NCBI GenBank assembly: GCA_045401115.1
Contig: CP174359.1
Location: forward strand, 122,288 to 186,287
Source of the DNA: Candidatus Phycocordibacter aenigmaticus
Lineage (GTDB): Bacteria > Patescibacteriota > Minisyncoccia > Phycocordibacterales > Phycocordibacteraceae
Reading direction: 5' to 3'
DNA length: 64,000 bases
Part shown: piece after piece, positions 27,593 to 37,245 of the stretch
Layout of the letters: every line of letters begins with the position of its first letter
How positions within the stretch are numbered: position 1 is the stretch's first letter
Program-made: the position numbers and the translations under genes
Notes under the pieces: generated by a model
Databases searched by the model: none
What the model saw: the letters and a program-made list of their open reading frames with translations, nothing else
Told to the model about the DNA's origin: nothing

Positions 27593-28870
27593 ATGTATCG
27601 TTTTGTTTCATTCATTGTTGAGATCCTCAAAAAAATCCTGCCGGCGCCAATCGTGCGACCGTTCCTCAAGCCGTACCATTTCATAATGGCGCTTTCCTTT
27701 GCGATTATCCACGGTTTCCCCGCAAAACGCATGGTCGTACTTGGTGTCACCGGCACTAAAGGGAAATCGACAGTTTCTGAGATGCTGTTTGCCATACTAC
27801 GCGCAGCAGGTCACACTACGGCACTCGCCTCTACTATCCGCTTTGCCGTTAACGATGAATCAAAGCCAAACCAATTTAAAATGACCATGCAAGGACGTGG
27901 ACACCTTCAAGACTTTTTAGGTTCTGCACGTCGGCGTGGCGCAACGCACGCCGTAGTTGAAATCACCTCTGAAGGTACACGTGAATTTAGAAATGCATTT
28001 TTATTTCTTAATGGACTCATTGTCACCAATATTGCCCGAGAACATATTGAGTCACATGGTTCATTTGAAAATTATGTTGCGGCAAAACGCAGTATCGTCA
28101 ACACGCTTGAACAATCACCTAAACAAGATCGAGTGCTGGTTGCCAATGGCGCTAATGAACACACAAAACCATTTTTAGATGCGAATGTACCACATACCTT
28201 CCCTTTTTCACTCTCTGAACTCGATGATGTACATGCTACTGAAACCAGTGTTTCTTTTTCATACAAAAACACAGCGTTTACACTTCCTCTTCCAGGACTC
28301 TTCAACGCAGAAAACGCACTCGCTGCTATTAAAATCACTGAACAATTTGGTGTTGACCTTGAAACTGCACAAAAAGCATTAGCGCACCTCGAACCTGTTC
28401 GCGGTCGTGTTGAACGTGTTGAAGCAGGACAATCATTCGGTGTCATTGTCGACTATGCACATACCCCTGACTCACTTGAAGCGCTATATGGCGCATTCCC
28501 TGATAGACGAAAAGTATGTGTACTCGGTAACACTGGTGGTGGGCGCGATACATGGAAACGTCCACTTATGGGTAGTATTGCCGACAAAGCCTGTGATGTA
28601 GTCATCCTCACCAATGAAGACCCCTACGATGAGGATCCAATGAAAATCGTTCAAGAAATGGCAGAAGGCATGGCGCGTCCTCCAATTATTGAAATGGATC
28701 GACGCACAGCGATACGACGTGCTTATGCTGAAGCAAAAGAAGGTGATGTCGTGCTCATCTCTGGAAAAGGTACTGACCCGTATATTATGGGAGCAGACGG
28801 CACAAAAACACCATGGAGTGATGCAAGAGTTGCTCATGAAGAACTTACCGAGTTCTTAAAGCAAAATTAA
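27593..28870 (+). CDS. murE: Mur ligase family protein (UDP-N-acetylmuramoyl-tripeptide synthetase, MurE-like)
   Basis: VLGVTGTKGKST P-loop; DYAHTPDSLEAL; ...VRGRVERVE. Confidence 0.7.
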   Translation: MYRFVSFIVEILKKILPAPIVRPFLKPYHFIMALSFAIIHGFPAKRMVVLGVTGTKGKSTVSEMLFAILRAAGHTTALASTIRFAVNDESKPNQFKMTMQGRGHLQDFLGSARRRGATHAVVEITSEGTREFRNAFLFLNGLIVTNIAREHIESHGSFENYVAAKRSIVNTLEQSPKQDRVLVANGANEHTKPFLDANVPHTFPFSLSELDDVHATETSVSFSYKNTAFTLPLPGLFNAENALAAIKITEQFGVDLETAQKALAHLEPVRGRVERVEAGQSFGVIVDYAHTPDSLEALYGAFPDRRKVCVLGNTGGGRDTWKRPLMGSIADKACDVVILTNEDPYDEDPMKIVQEMAEGMARPPIIEMDRRTAIRRAYAEAKEGDVVLISGKGTDPYIMGADGTKTPWSDARVAHEELTEFLKQN

Positions 28871-28901
28871 CTTACATACTGAGTAACTTTTATACACACT
28901 T

Positions 28902-29924
28902 TTGAAAATGCTAAAATCAATGCATATGTTTAAACGCACTCGACACGCACGCGGCGCAGCCGGAGCTGACCTTATATTTTTTATTTTCTTTCTCATCGTC
29001 CTCGGTATCGTCTGGGCGCTCACGGGAGGTCCTGGAAGAGACATCTCTCGTGAAGGCGCTTTTATCAACCCCCCTTTCCCTCTTGGGAGCGGTGACGCAT
29101 ATAGTGTGCCAGGAGTTTCAATACCACGCGTGAACACTGAACGTGACACACACACCACTACAAATAATGATGTGAAAAAAGAAACAAATACACTCCAAGA
29201 TATTATTGCGCGTATCCGCGGAGAACAGACCGGCATTTCACCAGCAGGCATATCTCCTTATGCAGGACTCGTTACCTTTGAAAGGGGACGTCCTAAAAAC
29301 AGCAGTGCCGAGACCGAGTATTTAAAAATCGAAACACAAAGCGCTGTCGAGGGTCGCATTGTTATTTCCGACTGGCGCGTTGAATCAGCGATTTCCCTCC
29401 GCGGCACCACACTCGGCGACGCTGCACACCTTCCCTATTCAGGACAAGTGAACACAGAATCACCGGTCGCGCTTGGTCCTGACATAACCATATTTATAGT
29501 ATCCGGCCGTTCACCCATCGGCGCATCATTCCGTGTAAATACCTGTACTGGGTACTTTGCGCAATTCCAAGAATTTACCCCCGACCTACGTGAAGAGTGC
29601 CCTCATCCTGAGGACGAACTTAAACGCATCGCGAATGTTGACTTCATTCCCAATGACGCATGTATCAACTTTGTAGAGACCCGCGGTCGTTGTACCTTCA
29701 CCACCGGCAGTATTCCTCAACAAGTCGGCAGTGCATGTCAAAGTTTTATTCTGAACGATTTAACCTACAACGGCTGTGTCGACGCGCATAAAAACGAAAC
29801 TGATTTCTATAAAAATGAATGGTACATCTATCTCGATCGCGACGAAGAGTTGTGGAACAATTCAAATGACCGTATCCGTTTACTGGATGAAAACGGTCTC
29901 ATAGTAGACGAACTCAGTTATTAA
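28902..29924 (+). CDS. Hypothetical secreted protein with a Cys-rich C-terminal region
   Basis: 340 aa; N-terminal TM LIFFIFFLIVLGIVWALTG; eight Cys in the last 120 aa. Confidence 0.45.
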   Translation: MKMLKSMHMFKRTRHARGAAGADLIFFIFFLIVLGIVWALTGGPGRDISREGAFINPPFPLGSGDAYSVPGVSIPRVNTERDTHTTTNNDVKKETNTLQDIIARIRGEQTGISPAGISPYAGLVTFERGRPKNSSAETEYLKIETQSAVEGRIVISDWRVESAISLRGTTLGDAAHLPYSGQVNTESPVALGPDITIFIVSGRSPIGASFRVNTCTGYFAQFQEFTPDLREECPHPEDELKRIANVDFIPNDACINFVETRGRCTFTTGSIPQQVGSACQSFILNDLTYNGCVDAHKNETDFYKNEWYIYLDRDEELWNNSNDRIRLLDENGLIVDELSY

Positions 29925-29941
29925 AGTACGAACGCAGTACG

Positions 29942-30415
29942 TTAACTTCTATTTGAAAAATGGAAGAGTGCAATCGCGCCAGCGTTTGAAACATTAAGCG
30001 ACTCTTTTTTTCCTTTCATCGGAATCTCCACGACAGCATCGGCGAGTGCACATACTGTCTCTGAGACACCATCTATTTCATTTCCCACAATAAGAGCAGT
30101 ATCTCCTGCGGCAGTATACGCAGCAAGAGACACCGCGCCTGGCGTCTGCTCAAGCGCAACCACAGTGACTCCTTCTTCTTTAAGAGAAGTGATAACGGTG
30201 TCTATATCGCCCGACTCCCACGCAAGGGACTCCTCGGCACCGAGCGCCACTTTAGCAATACGCATATCTTTTCTCCCAAATCGATCAACAGGGTGTGGAG
30301 TATAACCGGTCAAAAATACTTTCTTCACTCCCATCCCGTCGGCTGTGCGAAACAATGAACCTACATTATGGGTACTGCGTACATCATTAATAATTAAATA
30401 GAGCGTGTTATCCAT
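29942..30415 (-). CDS. SpoU/TrmH-family RNA 2'-O-methyltransferase
   Basis: 157 aa; VGSLFRTADGMG...GNEIDGVS...ESLNVSNAGAIALF motifs. Confidence 0.8.
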   Translation of the reverse strand: MDNTLYLIINDVRSTHNVGSLFRTADGMGVKKVFLTGYTPHPVDRFGRKDMRIAKVALGAEESLAWESGDIDTVITSLKEEGVTVVALEQTPGAVSLAAYTAAGDTALIVGNEIDGVSETVCALADAVVEIPMKGKKESLNVSNAGAIALFHFSNRS

Positions 30416-30447
30416 ACAACGTTTTCATTTTCAGTCTCTCAATTTCC

Positions 30448-30834
30448 ATGTATAAGGGTTATAATACCTGTATGGAAAGTATTTTCCCAGACATTCTCTT
30501 TTTAGGACCATATTTCGGTCCTATGATTTTACGTACTGCCGTTGCGGCATACTTCTTACTATACGCGTACAGTTTCTTGCGACAAAAAACTGCGCGAAGT
30601 AGCATGCTCGCCTTTAATGAGGCAGTTATCGGTATCCTTCTTATGTTGGGTATACTCACTCAATTGGTCACACTCGTGGGAATATTCGCTCTCGTTATGA
30701 GAAAAGTGATACTTGGCGCTCAAGCACCAAAACAAGGATGGGCGGAGACCATTCTCGTTATTGGCGTTCTGCTGGCACTCGTCATCACCGGCGCCGGTTT
30801 CTCGCCATTCCCTTTCTCAGACCTGCCATATTAA
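30448..30834 (+). CDS. Small hypothetical membrane protein (DoxX-like topology, 3-4 TM)
   Basis: 128-aa ORF. Confidence 0.35.
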   Translation: MYKGYNTCMESIFPDILFLGPYFGPMILRTAVAAYFLLYAYSFLRQKTARSSMLAFNEAVIGILLMLGILTQLVTLVGIFALVMRKVILGAQAPKQGWAETILVIGVLLALVITGAGFSPFPFSDLPY

Positions 30835-30903
30835 ATAACCCAAACAAAAAACAGCCCTGGTAATAGGGCTGTTTTTTGTTGATATGTGGTAACTATCGAT
30901 ATA

Positions 30904-31449
30904 TCACTCGCCTCGAACAAAACATTCCCGGCATCGCGCTTCATAGTGATACGTTCCATCGTCAGGCACCACTGATGGAAGTCCGACGCGCACAGGCCCC
31001 TCTCCATTGAGAATTTGTGTAAATCGCGCGTCATAGGCATGACACACTTCGCACACTGAGTTTTTCATGATGACTGTATCGGGACGATATTCAAAAAGCC
31101 GCTTAACCATCGGCATCATATGTCCCTGATAATCAAGATCCAATCCACTAATGAATACATCTTTTCCAGCGCGCACCCACTGCTCAATAACCGCCACATC
31201 CGCTTCTTCAAACATATGCACCTCATCAACACCAAGCACATCAAATGTATCCGACACATCACCAAGCGAGTCGACTACGAGTGCTTCAGCATCAACACCG
31301 GCACGCGAAGAAATAGATGACTCGCGTACATTCCGCCGCGGTTGAATATACGCAATCTTTTTTTGCGCAAACTTAAACGGCTCAACGCGAGCAATAAGCT
31401 CAAGCGACTTTCCGCTTTTCATAGGTCCAGTGATGAGTACAAAAGTCAT
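30904..31449 (-). CDS. tdk: Thymidine kinase
   Basis: MTFVLITGPMKSGKSLELI P-loop; C-terminal zinc ribbon CEVCH...CRECF. Confidence 0.88.
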   Translation of the reverse strand: MTFVLITGPMKSGKSLELIARVEPFKFAQKKIAYIQPRRNVRESSISSRAGVDAEALVVDSLGDVSDTFDVLGVDEVHMFEEADVAVIEQWVRAGKDVFISGLDLDYQGHMMPMVKRLFEYRPDTVIMKNSVCEVCHAYDARFTQILNGEGPVRVGLPSVVPDDGTYHYEARCRECFVRGE

Positions 31450-31535
31450 GTCTCCTACAGAATAACACTCACTTCTTGCGGTGTTCCTAATAGAAAAACC
31501 CACCGAACTGGTGGGTTTTAAGTGAACTTTAATCC

Positions 31536-31799
31536 CTATTTAACCCTTTTGAGGAATGCATACATCCCTTTCCCCACTCCAAATACAAGCATTGCAATAA
31601 GTGCACCATCTACCATATCGTCGATTATAGGAAATTCAGAATCAAGAATGAAATTATCATGCTCTGTCCGAACAAGTTCACCAAGCACCGGCTCTGTTTC
31701 ATCAAGCACATTTAGAGCGGTTTGATGTTTTGAATGCCCAATAGCACCAAGAGCGGCGCCGGCAATACCAACGTGAACAAAGTCTTTAAGTTTTTCCAT
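31536..31799 (-). CDS. Hypothetical small protein
   Basis: 87-aa ORF adjacent to tRNA-associated repeat locus 4. Confidence 0.3.
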   Translation of the reverse strand: MEKLKDFVHVGIAGAALGAIGHSKHQTALNVLDETEPVLGELVRTEHDNFILDSEFPIIDDMVDGALIAMLVFGVGKGMYAFLKRVK

Positions 31800-31896
31800 A
31801 GGTGAAGATTAAAACATATATGCATATTATTGTCAATACACCCTACCCCCCTCTTTATTAAACGGCTCAAGGGGTGAGCCGTTTAATTTTGTCATA

Positions 31897-32003
31897 TCGT
31901 CACCCGTCACTAAGTATTTTTATTCACTACGTTCTAAAAATACTAAGTGCGCTTGACCACGGCTCGGCTTTTCATTTTTGCCATAAACTACAGCAAAAAT
32001 GAA
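31897..32003 (-). repeat. tRNA-associated mosaic repeat, locus 4 (U1-U2-U3-U4 in minus orientation)
   Basis: Revcomp reads ttcatttttgctgtagtttatggcaaaaatgaaaagccgagccgtggtcaagcgcacttagtatttttagaacgtagtgaataaaaatacttagtgacgggtgac. Confidence 0.7.
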
Positions 32004-32116
32004 ACATGCATTCGACATTGTTTTGTTACGACTGAAAGGAGTTAGAAAACAAGAAGTGCCCTTGTGTTGCGCCTCGGACAAAGCGAAAAATCGCAAAGCA
32101 GTTTGCGATTATCGTG

Positions 32117-32230
32117 TCGTCACAAGTTACTAAGCATAATTGTTCACCTTCGGTTCCAATTCTGCTAAGTACTCGCGACCCCGGCTCGGCTTTATTTTGC
32201 AGCCAGGAACTGGCAGCTGCAAAACAATAT
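32117..32230. repeat. tRNA-associated mosaic repeat, locus 5 (U4-like + U5 + U2-like + alternative hairpin)
   Basis: tcgtcacaagttactaagcataattgttcaccttcggttccaattct...gaccccggctcggcttt + attttgcagcc...gctgcaaaac. Confidence 0.6.
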
Positions 32231-32287
32231 GCCTCCGCCTCGGACATGTAAACAAAAACAGTGCAAACGCACTGTTTTTGAATCATG

Positions 32288-32360
32288 TCCGCCCACTAGG
32301 ACTCGAACCTAGGACCCGCGGCTTAAGAGGCCGTTGCTCTACCAGCTGAGCTATAGGCGG
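32288..32360 (-). tRNA. tRNA-Lys (anticodon CTT)
   Basis: Revcomp CCGCCTATAGCTCAGCTGGTAGAGCAACGGCCTCTTAAGCCGCGGGTCCTAGGTTCGAGTCCTAGTGGGCGGA; terminator caaaaacagtgcaaacgcactgtttttg at 32254-32281. Partial 5'-end copy cttataggcgg at ~32550. Confidence 0.8.
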
Positions 32361-32648
32361 TAGTGCTTCACGATAATGCGCGTCTTTTGCGAACAAGACA
32401 AGAAAGGAAGCTTGTTTACTTTCAAGAAGAGTGAGGAGTATAAAATATTTTTTATACTCGAACCTTCGCCGAAAGAAAGTTTTACTTACTTTCTTGTTGC
32501 TGTGAAGCAAAAGGATGAGCGCATTATGTTACCACGCCCCGCCTACAAGCTATGCTTATAGGCGGAAACGGAAGCTGTCTACTATTAGGTAGACCTCACC
32601 GATTATGCCTTATTTCTTATTGTTTTTCCAGAACATACGCACGCACTA

Positions 32649-33443
32649 TTACCGAACTTCCCTACTTGTATCCGCTAAACACGTACGTCCATCGGCTACT
32701 AATTCAATCGGAACCTCTTTTAAACCTGATACACCCTGTTTTGAAAAAGTAATCTCAAGTAAAAGCCCGCTGCGCACCTCGGCATTAAAGTATTGATCAA
32801 AAATAAAGTTCCCAAGTGAGTAATAAATAACCGCACCGTTATAGTACTCACTTTTTTGCACCACATGCGGATGTGCGCCTACCACCACATGAGCACCTGC
32901 ATCCGCAAAATCGCGTGCCAGCTGTTTTACTCGATCCGGAGTCGACACATATTCATCTCCCCAATGCGCAAATACTACGACAACCCTGCCTTTTCTTTTC
33001 GCATCGGCAATATCAGCGGTCACACGTGCACTTTTATCTCCACCAAACTCGTTATAAGAAACAAACGTCAAAGGTACGTCTTTAATCTTCGTTTCTAAAG
33101 TATCCTTTGTCACACCAAAATATTGCACACCGGCATCTTTCAAATACATATGGGTCTCGCGTATACCTTCCATACCGAAATTACCAATATGATTATTACC
33201 AATATGCACAATGCCTATGTTGTGATACTGCAATAACTCGGCTGTATACGAAGGAAATGTAAAAATAAAATTCTCAGGACTCCCAATAACACTCCCTGAA
33301 CTTACTGATGGGTTATTCGTAATAGGGCCTTCAAGATTGGCAACCACCATATCTGCCTCGCTTAGCGTAGGTGTAATACAAGAAAACAAATATTCCGCTC
33401 CATACATCTCAAGGATCCGTCGGATATAACGATCAAACATCAT
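32649..33443 (-). CDS. capA: CapA/PgsA-family metallophosphatase (poly-gamma-glutamate synthesis protein-like). A probable N-terminal TM anchor is encoded in another frame upstream (33444-33610), so there is a possible frameshift.
   Basis: IIFGGDMMFDRY...GAHPHVVQ...YSLGNFIFDQ. Upstream alternate frame gives VKYILLTLGIGISIGLLGFFIEF... overlapping an A5 run. Confidence 0.7.
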   Translation of the reverse strand: MMFDRYIRRILEMYGAEYLFSCITPTLSEADMVVANLEGPITNNPSVSSGSVIGSPENFIFTFPSYTAELLQYHNIGIVHIGNNHIGNFGMEGIRETHMYLKDAGVQYFGVTKDTLETKIKDVPLTFVSYNEFGGDKSARVTADIADAKRKGRVVVVFAHWGDEYVSTPDRVKQLARDFADAGAHVVVGAHPHVVQKSEYYNGAVIYYSLGNFIFDQYFNAEVRSGLLLEITFSKQGVSGLKEVPIELVADGRTCLADTSREVR

Positions 33444-33623
33444 ATCGCCACCAAATATAATCCGCGCTTCTTTCTCAAGCGCTTCTTTTTAGAATCATTC
33501 GACATATCAGGTAATCTGTCGAGGGTGTGCGAAGAAAATTCGATAAAAAAACCCAACAACCCTATACTAATGCCAATACCAAGTGTTAACAGAATATACT
33601 TCACAGAATTTTAAATTGGCGCA

Positions 33624-34319
33624 CTATACTTTTTCAAGAAGAAATTTTTCAAGATTAAGCTCAAGTGTCCCTTCACCACTACGCGCCTTATGATACGCAG
33701 CTATCAGTTCTCGAGACCACGCTTCAACACGCGCCACCCCTAGCGTGTCAGCAAATCGTTTTGATTTTGAAAACACGAATGGCTTCAGTCCAGCCTCGTC
33801 AGGCGATTGGGTTTTTGCCGCAAGCAGCGCCGAACGCACTGCCCACAACAATGCGCCGTGTATCTCCTCGGCAGCACTACCACCGACAAGTAACGTGTGG
33901 TACCCAAGCCACGCATTCTTTTTATCGGCACGCATTACTGCGTTGGTAAACGCAAATACATTCGGTCGAGGTGCTGGTTTTACTTCTTTTGCATCATATC
34001 GCTCCTCGGTAATACCTTTTGGAAAAAGTTTCTTTTCTGTAGCTGAAAGTGTAGGCACCACCACAAACACTGCTACCTCGCTTGTGTTTAATGGGTGCGC
34101 ATACTCTTCCAAAACACGTTTCCCCGCACCATCATCTAATGGACGATCAAGGAGAAGGGTAACTTTTTCAGAAAATAGACCGCGCGAAGCAAGATAGCTT
34201 GGTACTCGTTCAAAAGACTCAGCGCCCTCACCAAATACTACGAGCTCGGTACCTTCGGCACGTCCCCGCACATCACTTTTTATTTTTTTTGTATCAAGTC
34301 CGACGCAAAGAGTTATCAT
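33624..34319 (-). CDS. Hypothetical protein, possibly DNA polymerase III delta-subunit-like
   Basis: 231 aa; weak resemblance only (…LLWAVRSALLAAK…). Confidence 0.3.
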   Translation of the reverse strand: MITLCVGLDTKKIKSDVRGRAEGTELVVFGEGAESFERVPSYLASRGLFSEKVTLLLDRPLDDGAGKRVLEEYAHPLNTSEVAVFVVVPTLSATEKKLFPKGITEERYDAKEVKPAPRPNVFAFTNAVMRADKKNAWLGYHTLLVGGSAAEEIHGALLWAVRSALLAAKTQSPDEAGLKPFVFSKSKRFADTLGVARVEAWSRELIAAYHKARSGEGTLELNLEKFLLEKV

Positions 34320-34340
34320 AGATTGTATTGTACCGCCTGC

Positions 34341-36737
34341 TTATCCATCAACAATATCGGTAAGTTCTGCCCACGATGGCCCCGCTTCCGCAGACACCGA
34401 AAGGCGTATACCGTCTATTTTATCTGGTGGCAACACCGATTCCATAAGTGTGCGTATTTTTTGCGCAAACTCATCAAGCACTGCTTCTTCTACCTCAAAC
34501 ATAAGTTCGTCATGAATTTGTAGCACCAATCCCGCTTTATCTTTAAAAGATTTTTTAATAAGTGCATCTGCTTGCACCATAGCCATTTTCACAATATCTG
34601 CTTGTGTGCCTTGAATTGGTGCGTTAATCGCCATACGTTCTGCCGACGCTCGCACAAATGGTAAGTGCGATTTAATTCCCGGGAAATACCGCTTCCTTCC
34701 AAAAAGTGTTTTTGTATATCCAAGCTGTGCAGCACTCGCCTTAGTGCGTGTTAAGTATGACGCGAGTCCTGTAAAACGTTCAAAATAGCGGTTCAAGTAA
34801 TCCTGCGCTTCGGCACGTTCAGTGCCAAGCTGTTCTTTCAGTGCGTTCACGCCCATGCCGTACAAAATACCGAAGTTAATCACCTTTGCCCGGCGACGCA
34901 TTTCTTTTTCAACCTGCTCTGGCGGCACTCCAAACACCTCAGCAGCAACTGCCGTGTGTACATCTTCTTCGTTTATAAAAATAGTTTTTAATTTTTCGTC
35001 ACCCGAAAGAAACGCCGCAAGCTTCAACTCAATTTGTGAGTAGTCAAATGTCACCAATACCTTCCCTTTTGATGCAACAAACCCTTTGCGAATACGCCGC
35101 CCCGACTCACTTTTGATAGGAATGTTCTGCAGGTTTGGGTCACGTGAAGAAAGTCGACCGGTGGTCGTTCCCGTCTGCACAAATGTGGTACGCAGGCGCC
35201 CATCGTCACTCAACAATGGCGGAATAGCATCAATGTAGGTAGAGAGTAATTTTTGAAGACCACGGTATTCCAGTATGTCTTTTACGATCGGATGTTCATC
35301 TTGCAGTTTGACGAGCACGCTTTCACTTGTTGACGCCTGACCGGTTGCTGTTTTTTTTGTACGCGCTTGTTTAATCTCTAATCGTTCAAACAACACCTCC
35401 CCGAGTTGCTTAGGAGAGTTTAAATTAAACTCCACGCCGGCTTGTTTAAAAATACGTTTCGCAAGTGCATCGAGTGTTTTGTGATACTGCTTTGAAAGGT
35501 CAGCGAGATACGCCGTATCTACACGAATGCCGCGCGCGTTCAACTCGTGAATCACCTTAATCAGGGGTTGCTCAATATCAGTAAACACCGAATACAGGTC
35601 TTCTTCTTTGAGCTGTTTGGTAAGCGCTTGGTGAGCCTTAATTGGCGTATCAGCACCCGCGGCAGAAAACACGTCCTCGTCGGACGGATTTGTGGTGTCC
35701 GAGTGTAGCAACCACACCATCACTTTTGCTTCAGCAAGTAATTGCTGCTCCTCAGATGAGTACTCCGGAGTTTGGTTTTCTTCTACCTCCTCTTCTGGCT
35801 CAGTTGAGTCAGCGGCAACACCTTCGCCAAGTCGTCCCACACGATCGGTAAGCGAGCGGAACCCAAGGTCGCTCATTAACTCCTTAGCCTCAGCGGCTGA
35901 AAAGTTTTCTTTCCAATGAGCCCCCTCGGCATCAAAAGAAACTGGCGTGTCAACGCGCACCGTGGCAAGCACTTTAGAAAACTCAGCCTCTTCCTGTCCG
36001 TCTTTCAAAAGATTAAATACACGCTCTGAAACACCTGCTTTTTCTTTAAATGCATCTGCGTTTTTATGAAGCGCCTTATAAATTGCCTCCATACTGCCAT
36101 ATGCCTGAATAAGTTTAGTTGCTGTTTTAGCGCCCACACCACTAATACCGATAATATTGTCTGAAGAGTCACCGGCGAACCCTTTATAGTCGGGGATATA
36201 TTGAGGAGCAAATCCAAACCGATCCTGTACCGCGTCCTCATCATAGAGCACAGTGTCTGAAAGCCCTTTGCGTGCAGTAAACACCTTTACTGACTTTTTA
36301 TCGACCAACTGAAGTGTATCCATATCACCTGAAGCGATAACAATGTCATAGTCCTTTTTCAATGAATCAGCGAAGGTACCAATCACATCGTCAGCTTCAA
36401 AGCCCGGCGCCTCGTATATAGGGATATTGAATGCTTTAAAAATATCTCGTGAACGGTTCAGTTGATCGATAAGCGCTTCATCTATTTCAGCACGCTCACC
36501 TTTATACGCTTCATACACCTCATGTCGGTGTGTTGGCTCTGGTAAGTCATATGCTGCCACCACATAATCCGGCGATAAATCATTCAGCAGTTTCACCAAC
36601 ATAGATGCAAGTCCATACAACGCACCAGCCGGCTCACCTTCTTTATCAGTGAAATCAGGCAACGCATGGTATGCACGATGAATATACGCGTGTGCATCAA
36701 TCAGTATTAGTGTCGGTTTTTTTGTTTTTTTAGGCAT
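34341..36737 (-). CDS. polA: DNA polymerase I (5'-3' exonuclease + polymerase domains)
   Basis: MPKKTKKPTLILIDAHAYIHRAYHALP...; polymerase motifs RRRAKVINFGILYG and QIHDELMFE. Confidence 0.92.
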   Translation of the reverse strand: MPKKTKKPTLILIDAHAYIHRAYHALPDFTDKEGEPAGALYGLASMLVKLLNDLSPDYVVAAYDLPEPTHRHEVYEAYKGERAEIDEALIDQLNRSRDIFKAFNIPIYEAPGFEADDVIGTFADSLKKDYDIVIASGDMDTLQLVDKKSVKVFTARKGLSDTVLYDEDAVQDRFGFAPQYIPDYKGFAGDSSDNIIGISGVGAKTATKLIQAYGSMEAIYKALHKNADAFKEKAGVSERVFNLLKDGQEEAEFSKVLATVRVDTPVSFDAEGAHWKENFSAAEAKELMSDLGFRSLTDRVGRLGEGVAADSTEPEEEVEENQTPEYSSEEQQLLAEAKVMVWLLHSDTTNPSDEDVFSAAGADTPIKAHQALTKQLKEEDLYSVFTDIEQPLIKVIHELNARGIRVDTAYLADLSKQYHKTLDALAKRIFKQAGVEFNLNSPKQLGEVLFERLEIKQARTKKTATGQASTSESVLVKLQDEHPIVKDILEYRGLQKLLSTYIDAIPPLLSDDGRLRTTFVQTGTTTGRLSSRDPNLQNIPIKSESGRRIRKGFVASKGKVLVTFDYSQIELKLAAFLSGDEKLKTIFINEEDVHTAVAAEVFGVPPEQVEKEMRRRAKVINFGILYGMGVNALKEQLGTERAEAQDYLNRYFERFTGLASYLTRTKASAAQLGYTKTLFGRKRYFPGIKSHLPFVRASAERMAINAPIQGTQADIVKMAMVQADALIKKSFKDKAGLVLQIHDELMFEVEEAVLDEFAQKIRTLMESVLPPDKIDGIRLSVSAEAGPSWAELTDIVDG

Positions 36738-37161
36738 AGCTGATATCTCGAGTAGTGGAATCAATAGTTCTAAAATTAAGTATTGGCATCTCCTGCTTAA
36801 CGGTAAGAGTGTCGGGAAGGTTATCGGGCCATTCAATAAGCATCAGTGTGTGGGGGCTACGGTAGTGGTCAACAAACCCAATAGTATCGCTCTCTTCGGA
36901 AGAAAGTCGGTACGCATCAATATGCACCAACGTTGTAAAAAGTGGATGTGCTGTTGTATACACCTGCGCGATAACAAATGTGGGGCTACTCACATTTTCT
37001 CGAACCCCCAACACATGTGCAACCTCCTGCACAAACGCCGTCTTACCGGCACCTAAATCACCCCGAAGCCCCACCGCGTAGGCATGCTCCCCCGCTTCAC
37101 TTGGGAGCTGCGCCACAAACTGTTTGGCAAATTCATTAAGCTCTTCTTTGGATACGTTCAC
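36730..37161 (-). CDS. tsaE: tRNA t6A biosynthesis ATPase TsaE (YjeE)
   Basis: 143 aa; GLRGDLGAGKTAF P-loop. Confidence 0.75.
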   Translation of the reverse strand: MNVSKEELNEFAKQFVAQLPSEAGEHAYAVGLRGDLGAGKTAFVQEVAHVLGVRENVSSPTFVIAQVYTTAHPLFTTLVHIDAYRLSSEESDTIGFVDHYRSPHTLMLIEWPDNLPDTLTVKQEMPILNFRTIDSTTRDISYA

Positions 37162-37245
37162 TCTCTATACTATACCGCTCCAGCTAGTCGGACACCACTC
37201 CGGTAAATATGGGTAAGGTGCCACTCTCGTGCTACCATTTGAGGT

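Noticed and set aside
33624-34319. Assigning the 231-aa ORF as DNA polymerase III delta subunit (holA).
   Set aside because: Only vague resemblance and too short; left as hypothetical with a low-confidence note.
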